A model generated the notes under the pieces. It was given only the letters and a program-made list of their open reading frames with translations. It had not been told where the DNA came from and did no database searches. A stretch of 64,000 nucleotides of DNA from Clostridiales bacterium. Its GTDB lineage: Bacteria > Bacillota > Clostridia > Saccharofermentanales > Saccharofermentanaceae. The stretch lies in NCBI GenBank assembly GCA_017513085.1, contig JAFWDK010000010.1:160001-224000 (forward strand), written 5' to 3'. The translations under genes and the position numbers were made by a program. Position 1 is the first letter of the stretch. Every line of letters begins with the position of its first letter. This document shows positions 50,297 to 60,255 of the stretch, in pieces.

Positions 50297-51622
50297 ATGA
50301 ACATGCTGGAACTGATCGAGAAGAAGCGCGATGGTATGGCGCTTTCTCAAGAAGAAATCGCTTTCTTTGTGGATGGGGTTACCCGAAAGACTATTCCGGA
50401 TTATCAGATTTCCGCGTTCCTGATGGCGGTGCTTTGGCGGGGAATGACCGATGAAGAGACAAAAGAACTTACTCTTTCTATGGCCGGATCCGGTGAAATC
50501 TGTGATCTCTCCGGTATTCCCGGGACGAAAGTGGATAAGCACAGTACCGGCGGCGTAGGGGATAAGGTGACACCGATCCTGCTTCCGGTGGTCAGTTCTT
50601 TTGGCGTACCGTGCGTGAAGCTTTCCGGAAGGGGTCTTGGCTTTACAGGGGGAACGATCGATAAATTCGAGTCGATCCAAGGTTTTAATACTACCGTTGA
50701 GCCATCGCAATTCCGGGAAAAGATCGAAAAGTGCGGCATGCTTCTCGGTGGGCAGACGGAGGGTTTGGCCCCTTGTGATAAGTATCTTTATGCGCTTCGG
50801 GATGTGACGGGAACAGTGCCGTCTATTCCTTTGATTGCTTCAAGTATTATGAGTAAGAAAATAGCGGGTGGATCGGATGCGATCGTACTTGATATCACGT
50901 GCGGCAGCGGTGCTTTTATGAAGGATACGGAGTCGGCCGGAGAACTTGCCAGACAGATGCTGGCGATCGGAAAACTTGCCGGAAAACCTGTTTCTTGCGT
51001 TCTTTCTTCTATGGAACAGCCGTTGGGCAGTGCAGTCGGGAATATCCTCGAGATACAGGAGGTCATGGAGACTCTGTCCGGTCACGGCAGAGAGGATGTG
51101 GTTACTGTCGTTCTGACGATGGCTTCAGAGATGCTTAAGCACACTCCGTATGGTAAGGATCTTGATTCTGAGACGTTAAAAGAACGTTGTGCTGAGAAAT
51201 TAAAAAATGGTGAGGCGCTTGAAAAGTTCCGGGAATTGCTTCTTTCTCAGGGCGGAATGCTTGATTCTTCCGGAAACCCTGTGTATGTGGATGAGCCATT
51301 CGAGGTAATGACGGTCTGTGCGCATAAAGATGGATATGTAAAACGCTGTGATGCGCTTGCGGTTGGAGAGGCTTCCTGTCTCCTTGGGGCGGGACGCATG
51401 GAAAAGACCGATATGATCGATATGGGCGCCGGCATCAAGCTTTTTAAGAAGGTGGGCGATCCGGTGAAGCGTGGAGATCATTTGTATTCTTTATTCACAG
51501 GAACCAAAAACACCGTGGACGATGCACGGATCGACGAAGCTCTTCTGAAAATGGAGTCTGCGTATGAGTTCAGCAGCGAACCGGTAAAACCGCTTCAAGA
51601 GATCTTGGGCGTTATTTCTTAG
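50297..51622 (+). CDS. pdp: Pyrimidine-nucleoside (thymidine) phosphorylase
   Basis: VDKHSTGGVGDK, SGRGLGFTGGTIDK, LYALRDVTGTV, SSIMSKK. Confidence 0.97.
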   Translation: MNMLELIEKKRDGMALSQEEIAFFVDGVTRKTIPDYQISAFLMAVLWRGMTDEETKELTLSMAGSGEICDLSGIPGTKVDKHSTGGVGDKVTPILLPVVSSFGVPCVKLSGRGLGFTGGTIDKFESIQGFNTTVEPSQFREKIEKCGMLLGGQTEGLAPCDKYLYALRDVTGTVPSIPLIASSIMSKKIAGGSDAIVLDITCGSGAFMKDTESAGELARQMLAIGKLAGKPVSCVLSSMEQPLGSAVGNILEIQEVMETLSGHGREDVVTVVLTMASEMLKHTPYGKDLDSETLKERCAEKLKNGEALEKFRELLLSQGGMLDSSGNPVYVDEPFEVMTVCAHKDGYVKRCDALAVGEASCLLGAGRMEKTDMIDMGAGIKLFKKVGDPVKRGDHLYSLFTGTKNTVDDARIDEALLKMESAYEFSSEPVKPLQEILGVIS

Positions 51623-51630
51623 TTGACTTG

Positions 51631-51679
51631 TTGCGTCGTAGCAGAATGATTGCTATAATGCAATGAGAACGAATGTTCA
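51631..51679 (+). promoter_or_regulatory. ruvCAB promoter with a Firmicute LexA (SOS/Cheo) box
   Basis: TTGCGT-N17-TATAAT (TG-extended) at 51631-51659; AGAAC-GAAT-GTTCA at 51666-51679 matches GAAC-N4-GTTC. Confidence 0.85.
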
Positions 51680-51700
51680 TTTTTGTTTAGGAGTCAGTAC

Positions 51701-52237
51701 ATGATCATTGTAGGAATCGATCCGGGTTATGCAATTACGGGATTTGGCGTGGTTTCTTATGAGAAGAACCACTTTCAGGTCCTCGATTATGGTGCGATCA
51801 CAACGAAAGCGCATACTCCGTTTGAGCAGCGTCTTCTTACGATCCATCAGCAGATGGATGTACTGATCGAGCGTTTCCATCCGGACGTGATGGCGATTGA
51901 AGAGCTGTTTTTTGCCAGAAATACGACAACGGCAATTGGAACGGCACAGGCTCGTGGTGTTGTTATCCTTGCGGCGGCCGAGGCGAATATTCCGGTTTAT
52001 GAATATACACCGATGCAGATCAAGCAGGCTGTGACCGGGTATGGACGGGCGGATAAGAATCAGGTCTCGCAGATGGTGAAGATGCTATTAAATCTGGAAA
52101 AGATGCCGAAGCCGGATGATGTTACCGACGCCTTGGCAGTTGCGATCTGTCAGGCACATACCGGAATCAACAGAGCTTTTGAAGCGGTTGGCGGCTACCA
52201 GTACGGAAGATATGGAAAAAAGGAGTTTGACTTGTAA
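51701..52237 (+). CDS. ruvC: Holliday junction resolvase RuvC
   Basis: IVGIDPG, AIEELFF, QARGV, EYTP.QIK.AVTGYGRADK.QV, DDVTDALA. Confidence 0.97.
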   Translation: MIIVGIDPGYAITGFGVVSYEKNHFQVLDYGAITTKAHTPFEQRLLTIHQQMDVLIERFHPDVMAIEELFFARNTTTAIGTAQARGVVILAAAEANIPVYEYTPMQIKQAVTGYGRADKNQVSQMVKMLLNLEKMPKPDDVTDALAVAICQAHTGINRAFEAVGGYQYGRYGKKEFDL

Positions 52238-52845
52238 TGTACGCATATATAAAAGGTGTATTTGTTTCTGCACGTGGGGATGAGATCGTCGTCGAGAATA
52301 ACGGCATCGGGTACCGGATCTACATGCCTATGCTTATGCAAGGAAAAATCGGACATATCGGTGATGAGGTCTGTGTATATACTTATCATTATGTCCGTGA
52401 AGATATTTTTGCTTTGTATGGTTTTCCTTCTCCGGAAGACCAGGATATGTTTGTCTTGTTGCTGTCTGTGAGTGGTATCGGTCCGAAGACGGCGATCGGA
52501 GTGGTCGAACTGCTTGATCCGTCAGAGCTTGCCATGGCTGTGCTTTCCGGTGATGTGAAGAAGATCAGTACAGTTAAGGGGCTGGGAAAGAAATCGGCAG
52601 AGCGTATCGTCCTGGAACTTAAAGATAAGCTCAAGGGATTCGATGTATCCTCTATTCCCAGACAGGATGATGTGGCAGGTGAGATTCCTTCCGCTGGGAT
52701 CGGCGTTTTGGAAGACTGTATTTCCGCACTGGTGGTGTTGGGTTATCCGGCATCTGATGCAAATAAAGCAGCAAGACGTGCTTTTGAAGATGGAATCAGT
52801 GTTGAGGAACTGGTGCGTAAAGCTTTGCGTCTTTTGGCAAAATAA
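52237..52845 (+). CDS. ruvA: Holliday junction branch migration protein RuvA
   Basis: GIGY, VRED...LYGF, VSGIGPKTA, GLGKKSAERIVLELKDK. Confidence 0.97.
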   Translation: MYAYIKGVFVSARGDEIVVENNGIGYRIYMPMLMQGKIGHIGDEVCVYTYHYVREDIFALYGFPSPEDQDMFVLLLSVSGIGPKTAIGVVELLDPSELAMAVLSGDVKKISTVKGLGKKSAERIVLELKDKLKGFDVSSIPRQDDVAGEIPSAGIGVLEDCISALVVLGYPASDANKAARRAFEDGISVEELVRKALRLLAK

Positions 52846-52870
52846 TGGTTAGAGTTAGGGGACGGTTTAG

Positions 52871-53983
52871 ATGGATTTTCAGGATTTAGAACAAGATGAG
52901 CGTATGATCGCCCGTGAAAGATTGCCGGAAGATCGGGATGAGAAGGGTCTACGGCCTTTGACCTGGGATGACTATTCCGGTCAGAAACAGGTCACGGATA
53001 ATTTGAAGATCTTTATCGAAGCGGCGATGCGTCGTGGTGAGGCTTTGGACCATTGCCTTCTTTATGGCCCTCCCGGTCTTGGAAAGACGACGCTTGCCGG
53101 TATCATTGCCAATGAGATGGGTGTTAATCTTCGTATTACGACCGGCCCGGCTATTGAGAAGGCAGGAGATCTGGCAGCGCTTCTTACGAATCTTCAAGAG
53201 AGGGAAGTGCTCTTTATCGATGAGATACATCGTTTGAACAGAAGTGTGGAAGAAGTGCTTTATCCCGCGATGGAGGATTTTGCGCTGGATATTATGATCG
53301 GTAAGGGCCCAAGTGCGCGTTCGATCCGTATTGATCTTCCGAAGTTTACTTTAATCGGTGCCACGACGCGTGCGGGTATGCTTTCTGCGCCTCTCCGTGA
53401 CCGTTTTGGTATGGTTCATCGGCTTGAACTTTATAAACCGGAAGAGTTGCGCGTGATCCTGAAAAGGGATGCGGATATACTTGGGATCGGAATCGATGAC
53501 GAAGGCCTGGATTGTCTGGCTTGCCGTTCGCGTGGCACGCCTCGTATTGCGATACGTCTTTTGAAGCGGCTTCGCGATTATGCCGAGGTGCGTGGCGAGG
53601 GCATTATAAATAGGGAAATAGCAGAGTACGGACTTGATCAGTTGGCTATCGACAATATGGGCCTGGATCATACAGACCGGCGGATCATGACCAGTATCGC
53701 TGAGAAGTTTTTGGGCGGACCTGTCGGCCTTGAGACACTGGCCGCATGTACAGGTGAAGATGCGGGAACGATCGAGGATGTGTATGAACCATTTCTCATG
53801 CAGTGTGGTTTTATTGCCAAGACCCCTCGGGGACGTGTTTTGGCTCCGGCCGGCTGGAAACATCTCGGATTGATTTGTCCGGCTGATATTGATAAGAAAC
53901 TTAGTGGTCTTGGTATTTCTTCTTCCGTTAATAATTCGGATAGTCAGATCTCTATCGACGAGATCATGGATAAGAAAGAGTAA
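52871..53983 (+). CDS. ruvB: Holliday junction helicase RuvB
   Basis: [39 protein letters not shown]...TPRGR. Confidence 0.98.
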   Translation: MDFQDLEQDERMIARERLPEDRDEKGLRPLTWDDYSGQKQVTDNLKIFIEAAMRRGEALDHCLLYGPPGLGKTTLAGIIANEMGVNLRITTGPAIEKAGDLAALLTNLQEREVLFIDEIHRLNRSVEEVLYPAMEDFALDIMIGKGPSARSIRIDLPKFTLIGATTRAGMLSAPLRDRFGMVHRLELYKPEELRVILKRDADILGIGIDDEGLDCLACRSRGTPRIAIRLLKRLRDYAEVRGEGIINREIAEYGLDQLAIDNMGLDHTDRRIMTSIAEKFLGGPVGLETLAACTGEDAGTIEDVYEPFLMQCGFIAKTPRGRVLAPAGWKHLGLICPADIDKKLSGLGISSSVNNSDSQISIDEIMDKKE

Positions 53984-53996
53984 GGCAAGGTTCGTT

Positions 53997-54581
53997 ATGA
54001 AAGAGAGAGATCTTTTGCTTCATGCTTGTTGTGCGCCTTGCGCAGAGTATCCTGTTTTCGATCTTCAAGGACAGAAGATCGATACTGAAGTATTGTATTT
54101 TAATCCGAATATTCATCCGAAATTTGAGTTTGACAGAAGAAGAGAGCAATTGGAGAAGCTTTCTGAACTGGATGACTTTGTTTGTCATTTTTCCGATGAT
54201 TTCCGCATGGATGACTGGCTGGAGCATAAGTGGGAAGGACAGTTTGCATCACGTTGCCTGATGTGCTATCAGATCCGCATGGACTATGTGGCTGCTTTTG
54301 CAAAAGAACAAGGTTTTCAGCGTTTTTCCACATCCTTGCTGGTCAGTCCGTATCAGAATCATGATGCAATTATTGCGAGTGCTGAGCTGGCATCGCAGAA
54401 ATACGGGATCCCTTTTTTCTATAGCGACTGGAGACCACATTTTAGAGAAGGCCAGAATATGGCTCGTGAACATGGATTATATCGTCAGAAGTATTGCGGC
54501 TGCATTTTTTCTCTGGATGATTCGGATTTTAAAGAAAAGATCATTGCTTCTTTCCCTGATGGTTGGGAAGCGCAGCGCTGA
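53997..54581 (+). CDS. queH: Epoxyqueuosine reductase QueH (DUF208)
   Basis: LLHACCAPC, NPNIHP, RC..CY, LYRQKYCGCIFS. Confidence 0.93.
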   Translation: MKERDLLLHACCAPCAEYPVFDLQGQKIDTEVLYFNPNIHPKFEFDRRREQLEKLSELDDFVCHFSDDFRMDDWLEHKWEGQFASRCLMCYQIRMDYVAAFAKEQGFQRFSTSLLVSPYQNHDAIIASAELASQKYGIPFFYSDWRPHFREGQNMAREHGLYRQKYCGCIFSLDDSDFKEKIIASFPDGWEAQR

Positions 54582-56454
54582 CCAGAAGAGAATTGTACGT
54601 GTCGTAGGTTACCATTCCGGGCTTGGCTTTAGGTAGTTTCTTTACATGAGAAACCGGGCAGTAATCAATATCAACTCGGATGTCGTACTCGGTTTTTGTC
54701 TCTGCCTTTTCGCCGGATAATACCTTATTGCTTCTTGAGTAGTACGCGGCGATCGATGCTGCTTCGACAATGGCTTTGTCAGAAGGGGTTTTACCCTGGG
54801 TGCGAAGGATCACATGTGTGCCGGGCATGTTTTTGGCATGGAACCAGAGATCTTCTTTTTCTGCCACATGAAAAGTCAGATTGTCGTTTTGAATATTGTT
54901 TCGACCGCTTAAAACCTCCAGTCCGCCGTCAACGATGTAACGTCTGGGAGAACTGGAATCTTCGGGTTTCTTCGTAGTTTTAGACTTGTTCTGTTTCTGC
55001 TTGGCTTTCTGTGCCGCTTGACGGAGTGCACGGGAAGACATTTTTCCGGACTTGGACTTCCCGGGATGGTACTTCTCAGATGAGGCGTTTTTCTTGGACT
55101 CTTTAGAAGTACTCTCACGAACACCTTCTTCAGATAATTCAAAAGCTATAGCCTTCAGATCTTCTTCTTCGGATGCTGCGTCAATGGCTTGTATCAATGA
55201 TTGAAAATAACTTATATTGCCAGATTCCTGTTCGATGAAACGCTTGGCGGCATCGCGGCGGCTTATGGCTTTTCTATAGCGACGTAAGAGATTCTGCCCC
55301 TGGTCGGACGCAGATTTGTTCGGATCCAATGAAATGACTGTGTTTTGGCCGAAATCCGGATAATCCGGTATATTGATCTCTAGATCGCCGGGATGAACCA
55401 GATATTGATAGGCTAGAATGAGTTCACCTTGTTCCTTGAGTTTTTCTGCGTCTTTGGTCTCGTTAAGATCATCCTCATGAATAGAAAGCTTCTTGCTTTC
55501 ATGAGAAAGTGCGTATTGAACGATAGAGCGGAGCTGTCTTCTCCGATCTTCGAAATGCTGCTGCCTGTCGTAGTAGCCCCAGACTTCATCCAGCGCTTCG
55601 GAAATCGTGGGAACAGGTTTGATTTTGCCACCATCCTGAATATTTAAAGCGTGCCAGTCACTTGGTTCACCATCAGAAAAAAGAACGCAAGGAGATGGCT
55701 TTACAGAAACAATGTCTGAGATGATGCTTCGCATTACACCGATCAGTTTTTGCTTCTTGCTATCGGACAGCGAAGCAAGGCTTTCGCGAGTATCAAGACC
55801 TGCACGAAAACAGATATCCGATGTTAAAAGCGGGGAGAACCCAAGAAGAGAATCCAGAAGTGCTTTGCCCAAAGGACGGGATTGGGCGGTGTCAAGGATA
55901 GGGAGTTCTTGGCGTTCCAGTTTTTCCAGAGCTTCGGACGGAGAGAGCTTGCCTTGAGACGGCGGAGCTTCATAGATACGCGCCGGCATGATCTCGCGGA
56001 CACGGCTGGTGCTGCTGTCTACGTGAACGACGGCGTCAATGATCCGTTTTTCCTGGTTTAGAAAAATGATATTACTATATCTGCCCATCATTTCGATGAC
56101 AAGGTATTTGGTTGAAGTATCATGCAGTTCATCGGTCGTAGAAACGCTGATCGTGATGATTCGCTCGTAGTCAGGACAGGAAATATCCAGGATTCTGGCT
56201 CCCGAAAGATGTTTTCGCAGAAGCATACAGAAATTCGGCGGCATCTGCGGGTTTTCTTTCATGTTGGCAGTGATCTGCACCCGAGGTGATTTTGGATCGC
56301 ATGAGAGAAGAAGCTTATAGTTTTCCGAATTGGAACGGACAAGCATATAGACTTCAAAACGCGTGGGCTGGTAGATTTTATCGATCCTTGCGCCTGTGAG
56401 TTTTGTCTGTAATTCTTTAGCTAAAAAGTTTGAAGAGATTCCGTCAAGAGGCAT
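54541..56454 (-). CDS. rqcH: Ribosome quality-control protein RqcH/FbpA (NFACT family)
   Basis: MPLDG, RIDKIYQP, FCMLLRKHL, EMMGRYSN, GRNNIQND, WFHAK..PG.HV, AAYYS, KPGMV. Confidence 0.93.
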   Translation of the reverse strand: MPLDGISSNFLAKELQTKLTGARIDKIYQPTRFEVYMLVRSNSENYKLLLSCDPKSPRVQITANMKENPQMPPNFCMLLRKHLSGARILDISCPDYERIITISVSTTDELHDTSTKYLVIEMMGRYSNIIFLNQEKRIIDAVVHVDSSTSRVREIMPARIYEAPPSQGKLSPSEALEKLERQELPILDTAQSRPLGKALLDSLLGFSPLLTSDICFRAGLDTRESLASLSDSKKQKLIGVMRSIISDIVSVKPSPCVLFSDGEPSDWHALNIQDGGKIKPVPTISEALDEVWGYYDRQQHFEDRRRQLRSIVQYALSHESKKLSIHEDDLNETKDAEKLKEQGELILAYQYLVHPGDLEINIPDYPDFGQNTVISLDPNKSASDQGQNLLRRYRKAISRRDAAKRFIEQESGNISYFQSLIQAIDAASEEEDLKAIAFELSEEGVRESTSKESKKNASSEKYHPGKSKSGKMSSRALRQAAQKAKQKQNKSKTTKKPEDSSSPRRYIVDGGLEVLSGRNNIQNDNLTFHVAEKEDLWFHAKNMPGTHVILRTQGKTPSDKAIVEAASIAAYYSRSNKVLSGEKAETKTEYDIRVDIDYCPVSHVKKLPKAKPGMVTYDTYNSLLVSAALPNHQGKKQ

Positions 56455-56465
56455 GAGACAGTTCC

Positions 56466-56834
56466 TCACTGATTGTTGGGATCGTCATCGGAGAGATGCT
56501 GTTTTCTGCGTTCGACGATAAGAAAAATGATCCAGCCGAGTACCATTGCGGCTACGATCTCCACTCCAAGTATGGTGAAGAATCGATCATAATGATTCAT
56601 AGATACCAGAAAATCTACGGCAATCAGAAGAAGAATGGCTAATAAAGCATATAGCATCTTTCCCCAGCTTGATGACCAGATAATAGAAAAAAAGGACTCG
56701 CTTTCTTCAGAAACTTCCTGTACGCGTGTTTTTTGCGAACGAGAAGAAGAGCCGGAAGAAGTCTTGCCCGAACGGGGAGACGGCTTACGGTTCGAAGATT
56801 GAGTATTCTTTTTCGCCGGACTTTTCTGAGCCAT
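56466..56834 (-). CDS. Small two-TM membrane protein with a basic/Ser-rich N-terminus
   Basis: 122-aa ORF tightly packed between prs and rqcH; two hydrophobic helices. Confidence 0.7.
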   Translation of the reverse strand: MAQKSPAKKNTQSSNRKPSPRSGKTSSGSSSRSQKTRVQEVSEESESFFSIIWSSSWGKMLYALLAILLLIAVDFLVSMNHYDRFFTILGVEIVAAMVLGWIIFLIVERRKQHLSDDDPNNQ

Positions 56835-56839
56835 GTTTC

Positions 56840-58078
56840 TTAAGAATTCGACTCTGTTTCTTTCAGGTCGCCCTTGCTGGCCAGGAGTTTCTTGATCTTG
56901 TCGGTTGGCTTGATCAGATTGGACAGTGACGAGTCATGGTTGATCGCGTCGATGAGAAGCGCTACGAACTTACTCATGTTAACATCCGCAAACCAAGGAG
57001 CGGCAAGCAGTTCCGGTCTTCTGTAGATCAGGTTTGTCGCAAAGACTTTGGAAATGATGCCTTCTTCATAAGCTTTATCAAAATGCTCGACGCCTTCTGT
57101 AAATAAACCGAATGTAACTGCGCAATAGATGTTTCTGGCTCCGCGATGCTTCATCTCGCGTGCGATATCCAGCATGGAATCGCCGGAAGAGATCATGTCA
57201 TCAACGATCAGGATATCAAGACCTTCCACAGATTCACCGAGGAATTCATGAGCGACGATCGGATTACGGCCGTTTACGACACGCGTATAGTCTCTGCGCT
57301 TGTAGAAAGTACCCAGCGGAACACCAAGGATCGATGCAAAGTACATAGCACGTGAGATACCGCCTTCGTCAGGGCTGATAACCATGAAACGGTCTTCGGT
57401 AAAGTGCAGATCAGGAATAGAACGATACATTTCTTTGATGATCTGGTATGTAGCAGACAGGCTCTCAAAACCGGAAGTAGGAATAGCATTGGCTACTCGC
57501 TCGTCGTGGGCATCAAAAGTAATGATGTTTTCGACACCGAGGCCATAGATCTCTTCCAGAGCAAAAGCACAGTCGAGGGATTCACGGGAGTTTCTCTTGT
57601 GCTGACGGCCTTCGTAAAGGAAAGGCATGATAACGTTGATACGACGTGCCTTACCGGAGCATGCGAGAATAACACGCTTGAGATCCTGATAGTGATCGTC
57701 CGGACTCATATGATTGATCTGACCGAACATTTTGTATGTGCAGGAAAAGTTGGTAACGTCACTGATGATGAAGAGGTCATGACCACGCACGGAACTCTGG
57801 ATAACAGCTTTTCCTTCACCGGATGAAAATCTGGTGTTTTCGACAGCTAAACGATAATCCTGACGGTAGAATCCCGGATATTTACTGATAAACTCCTGCT
57901 CCTGGTATTCGGATCTGCGTTTATTCAAGTACCAGTTTACTTTGTCAGTAAACTCGACACTGCCTTTCAGCGGTACCAGTGCGATTGGTCCAACAGGTGC
58001 CATCGGGTTATCCCCGTATTGATTATAACGGGAATAGGCTCTCTCATCAGGACTTTGCATGTTCGGTTCCATAGTCAT
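56840..58078 (-). CDS. prs: Ribose-phosphate pyrophosphokinase (clostridial type, intact motifs)
   Basis: RFSSGEGK, PFLYEGRQH, FDAH, SPDEGG, FYKRR, VDDMISSG. Confidence 0.93.
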   Translation of the reverse strand: MTMEPNMQSPDERAYSRYNQYGDNPMAPVGPIALVPLKGSVEFTDKVNWYLNKRRSEYQEQEFISKYPGFYRQDYRLAVENTRFSSGEGKAVIQSSVRGHDLFIISDVTNFSCTYKMFGQINHMSPDDHYQDLKRVILACSGKARRINVIMPFLYEGRQHKRNSRESLDCAFALEEIYGLGVENIITFDAHDERVANAIPTSGFESLSATYQIIKEMYRSIPDLHFTEDRFMVISPDEGGISRAMYFASILGVPLGTFYKRRDYTRVVNGRNPIVAHEFLGESVEGLDILIVDDMISSGDSMLDIAREMKHRGARNIYCAVTFGLFTEGVEHFDKAYEEGIISKVFATNLIYRRPELLAAPWFADVNMSKFVALLIDAINHDSSLSNLIKPTDKIKKLLASKGDLKETESNS

Positions 58079-58093
58079 TTTTCTCCGATCCTT

Positions 58094-59320
58094 TTACAAT
58101 AATTCTTCTAGTCTGACTTGTCCGAGAAGGGAATCAAACCGATCGATCGGATTTGTCAGTTTGCCAATTGATTCGTCAACATTCAGTGCATCGATGATAC
58201 GTGCAACAAATGGAGTCATATTTACATCCACATACCATGGCGCATCCAAAAGCTTTTTCGGACGGTATGTCAGGTTCGAGCAAAGCACCTGCTTGATGAT
58301 GCCCTTCTCGTAAGCTTCATTAAATGGTTCCAGACCCTCCGTAAAAAGTCCGAAAGAAGCAGCGCAATAAATGTTTCCGGCATTCCGTTCACGCATATAT
58401 TGTGCAGTACGGAGCATGGTCTTTCCGGAATTTATCATATCATCGACGATCAGGACATCTTTGCCCTTAGGATCTGCGCCAAGGAATTGGAACGACTTAA
58501 TAAGGTAATTACCATCTTCATCCATGCGGGTATAGTCGCGGTCACGATAGAAGAGCCCAAGATGTAATCCGAGCATGGAAGAATAGAAGATTCCGCGAGA
58601 AACAGCCATCTCGTCAGGACTGATGATCATCATGTTATCCTTGTCGATATGGAGCCCCGGGTTTTTATAGATCAGAGTCTGGATGATCTTATATGCACAC
58701 TTGGGCATTTCAATACCCATGAGAGGCACTGCATTAATGATTCTCGGGTCATGCGGATCGAAAACGATCAGGTTTGCAACACCGAGATTATAAAGATCCT
58801 TCAGCATTTGCGCACAGTCAAGGGACTCGCGTGTTATGCTGTGATCCTGACGGCCTTCGTAAAGAAAAGGCATGATTACATTGATACGCTTGGCTTTCCC
58901 GCTGACTGCCATGATGATTCGGAGAAGATCTCTGAAATGATCATCAGGACTCTTAAAGTGAGGAATGCCGGATAATGTGAAGGATTCATCATGTGAAAGA
59001 ACATCTGTAATGATATAAATATCATGTCCACGGACTGTCTGGTTCAGGGTCACTTTACCTTCACCGGTAGAAAAACGTGTAATAGTAGCAGAAATTGTAA
59101 AATCCCTACGTAAATATCCTGCACTGTTTACGTAAGGACTGGCGTTTTTCTCGTATTTCAGAGCACGTTTTTCGTAGAGAACATCATTGACTTGCTTGAC
59201 AAATTCCTCGTTAGAGGTGTGCGAAATGATTCCTATCGGACCGAAAGGTTCTAGTAAATAACCGCGATAATCTTCGCAAGAAGAGTTAACAGAGCTTGGA
59301 ACACTCGTGTTTTCTGACAT
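58094..59320 (-). CDS. Ribose-phosphate pyrophosphokinase paralog with degenerate motifs
   Basis: RFSTGEGK, PFLYEGRQD, FDPH and VDDMINSGKT retained, but SPDEMA and FYRDR differ; GGAGG RBS before ATG 59320. Confidence 0.88.
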   Translation of the reverse strand: MSENTSVPSSVNSSCEDYRGYLLEPFGPIGIISHTSNEEFVKQVNDVLYEKRALKYEKNASPYVNSAGYLRRDFTISATITRFSTGEGKVTLNQTVRGHDIYIITDVLSHDESFTLSGIPHFKSPDDHFRDLLRIIMAVSGKAKRINVIMPFLYEGRQDHSITRESLDCAQMLKDLYNLGVANLIVFDPHDPRIINAVPLMGIEMPKCAYKIIQTLIYKNPGLHIDKDNMMIISPDEMAVSRGIFYSSMLGLHLGLFYRDRDYTRMDEDGNYLIKSFQFLGADPKGKDVLIVDDMINSGKTMLRTAQYMRERNAGNIYCAASFGLFTEGLEPFNEAYEKGIIKQVLCSNLTYRPKKLLDAPWYVDVNMTPFVARIIDALNVDESIGKLTNPIDRFDSLLGQVRLEELL

Positions 59321-59518
59321 AGCATCCTCCACAAAACGATATAGTCAAGAAACTACAGTACAAGTATAACGCTTTTTTCTTGATTTTTGTACTGGAAAAA
59401 ACAAACAATTATAAATAAAAAAGCGTGCACTTATGGGTAAAATGCATATAAAAATCATTTGTTGGTTTGCCTTCCGAAAAGGTATGTTACTATATATAGA
59501 TAACAAGGAGGTGCTTAC

Positions 59519-60121
59519 ATGGCCATTAATTTCAGGAAAACGAAATTCTGGGGAGTTGCTTCGGATATCAAGTCCTGTCCGCCGCTGGACCGGCCTGAAA
59601 TCGTGTTTTCGGGAAAATCCAATGTCGGAAAGTCTTCTTTGATCAATGCGCTTGCCGATAATAAGAAACTGGCCCGCGTAAGCGCTACGCCCGGAAAAAC
59701 CAGACTTGTCGTCTATTTTGATGTGGATGAGAAGCTTTACCTGGCTGATCTGCCCGGTTATGGTTATGCAAAAGCACCTAAGGACATTAAAGAGAAGTTT
59801 TCCAAGCTTTGTGACCAGTATTTTATTTCCGGACGTGAGTTTTCACTGGTTTTGCACCTGATCGATATCCGACATGATCCTTCCGCGGATGACATTAAAA
59901 TGTTGGAATATATGAATCACAACGAGATTCCTTATTTTTTGGTCTTTACGAAGTGTGATAAATTGTCGCGGGCACAGATGATGCGGCAGCTTGCTGCTTT
60001 CACGAAGATCCTGGATTTCCATGACAATGCCCATTGTTTTGCAGTTTCGGCTGAGAAAAAGATCGGACTCGAAGATTTGAAGGCCGGAATCGAAGAATTC
60101 TTGCAAGATAAATTAACCTGA
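59519..60121 (+). CDS. engB: Ribosome biogenesis GTP-binding protein YihA/YsxC (EngB)
   Basis: GKSNVGKSSLIN, PGKT, DLPGYG, TKCD. Confidence 0.96.
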   Translation: MAINFRKTKFWGVASDIKSCPPLDRPEIVFSGKSNVGKSSLINALADNKKLARVSATPGKTRLVVYFDVDEKLYLADLPGYGYAKAPKDIKEKFSKLCDQYFISGREFSLVLHLIDIRHDPSADDIKMLEYMNHNEIPYFLVFTKCDKLSRAQMMRQLAAFTKILDFHDNAHCFAVSAEKKIGLEDLKAGIEEFLQDKLT

Positions 60122-60255
60122 TCAAGCAATCGTGATTATTATTTGTTGAAAATGCGACAAATTGTGCATGATTGGGACTTTTTGTCGTTTTACACAACTC
60201 CTTTTTTTCAGTGATGTCTTTAGAATATGCATATTCTTGAAAGGACATACCGGCT

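Noticed and set aside
54541-54581. Convergent 3' overlap of queH and rqcH
   Set aside because: Short tail-to-tail overlaps are common in compact genomes, and both proteins appear complete.
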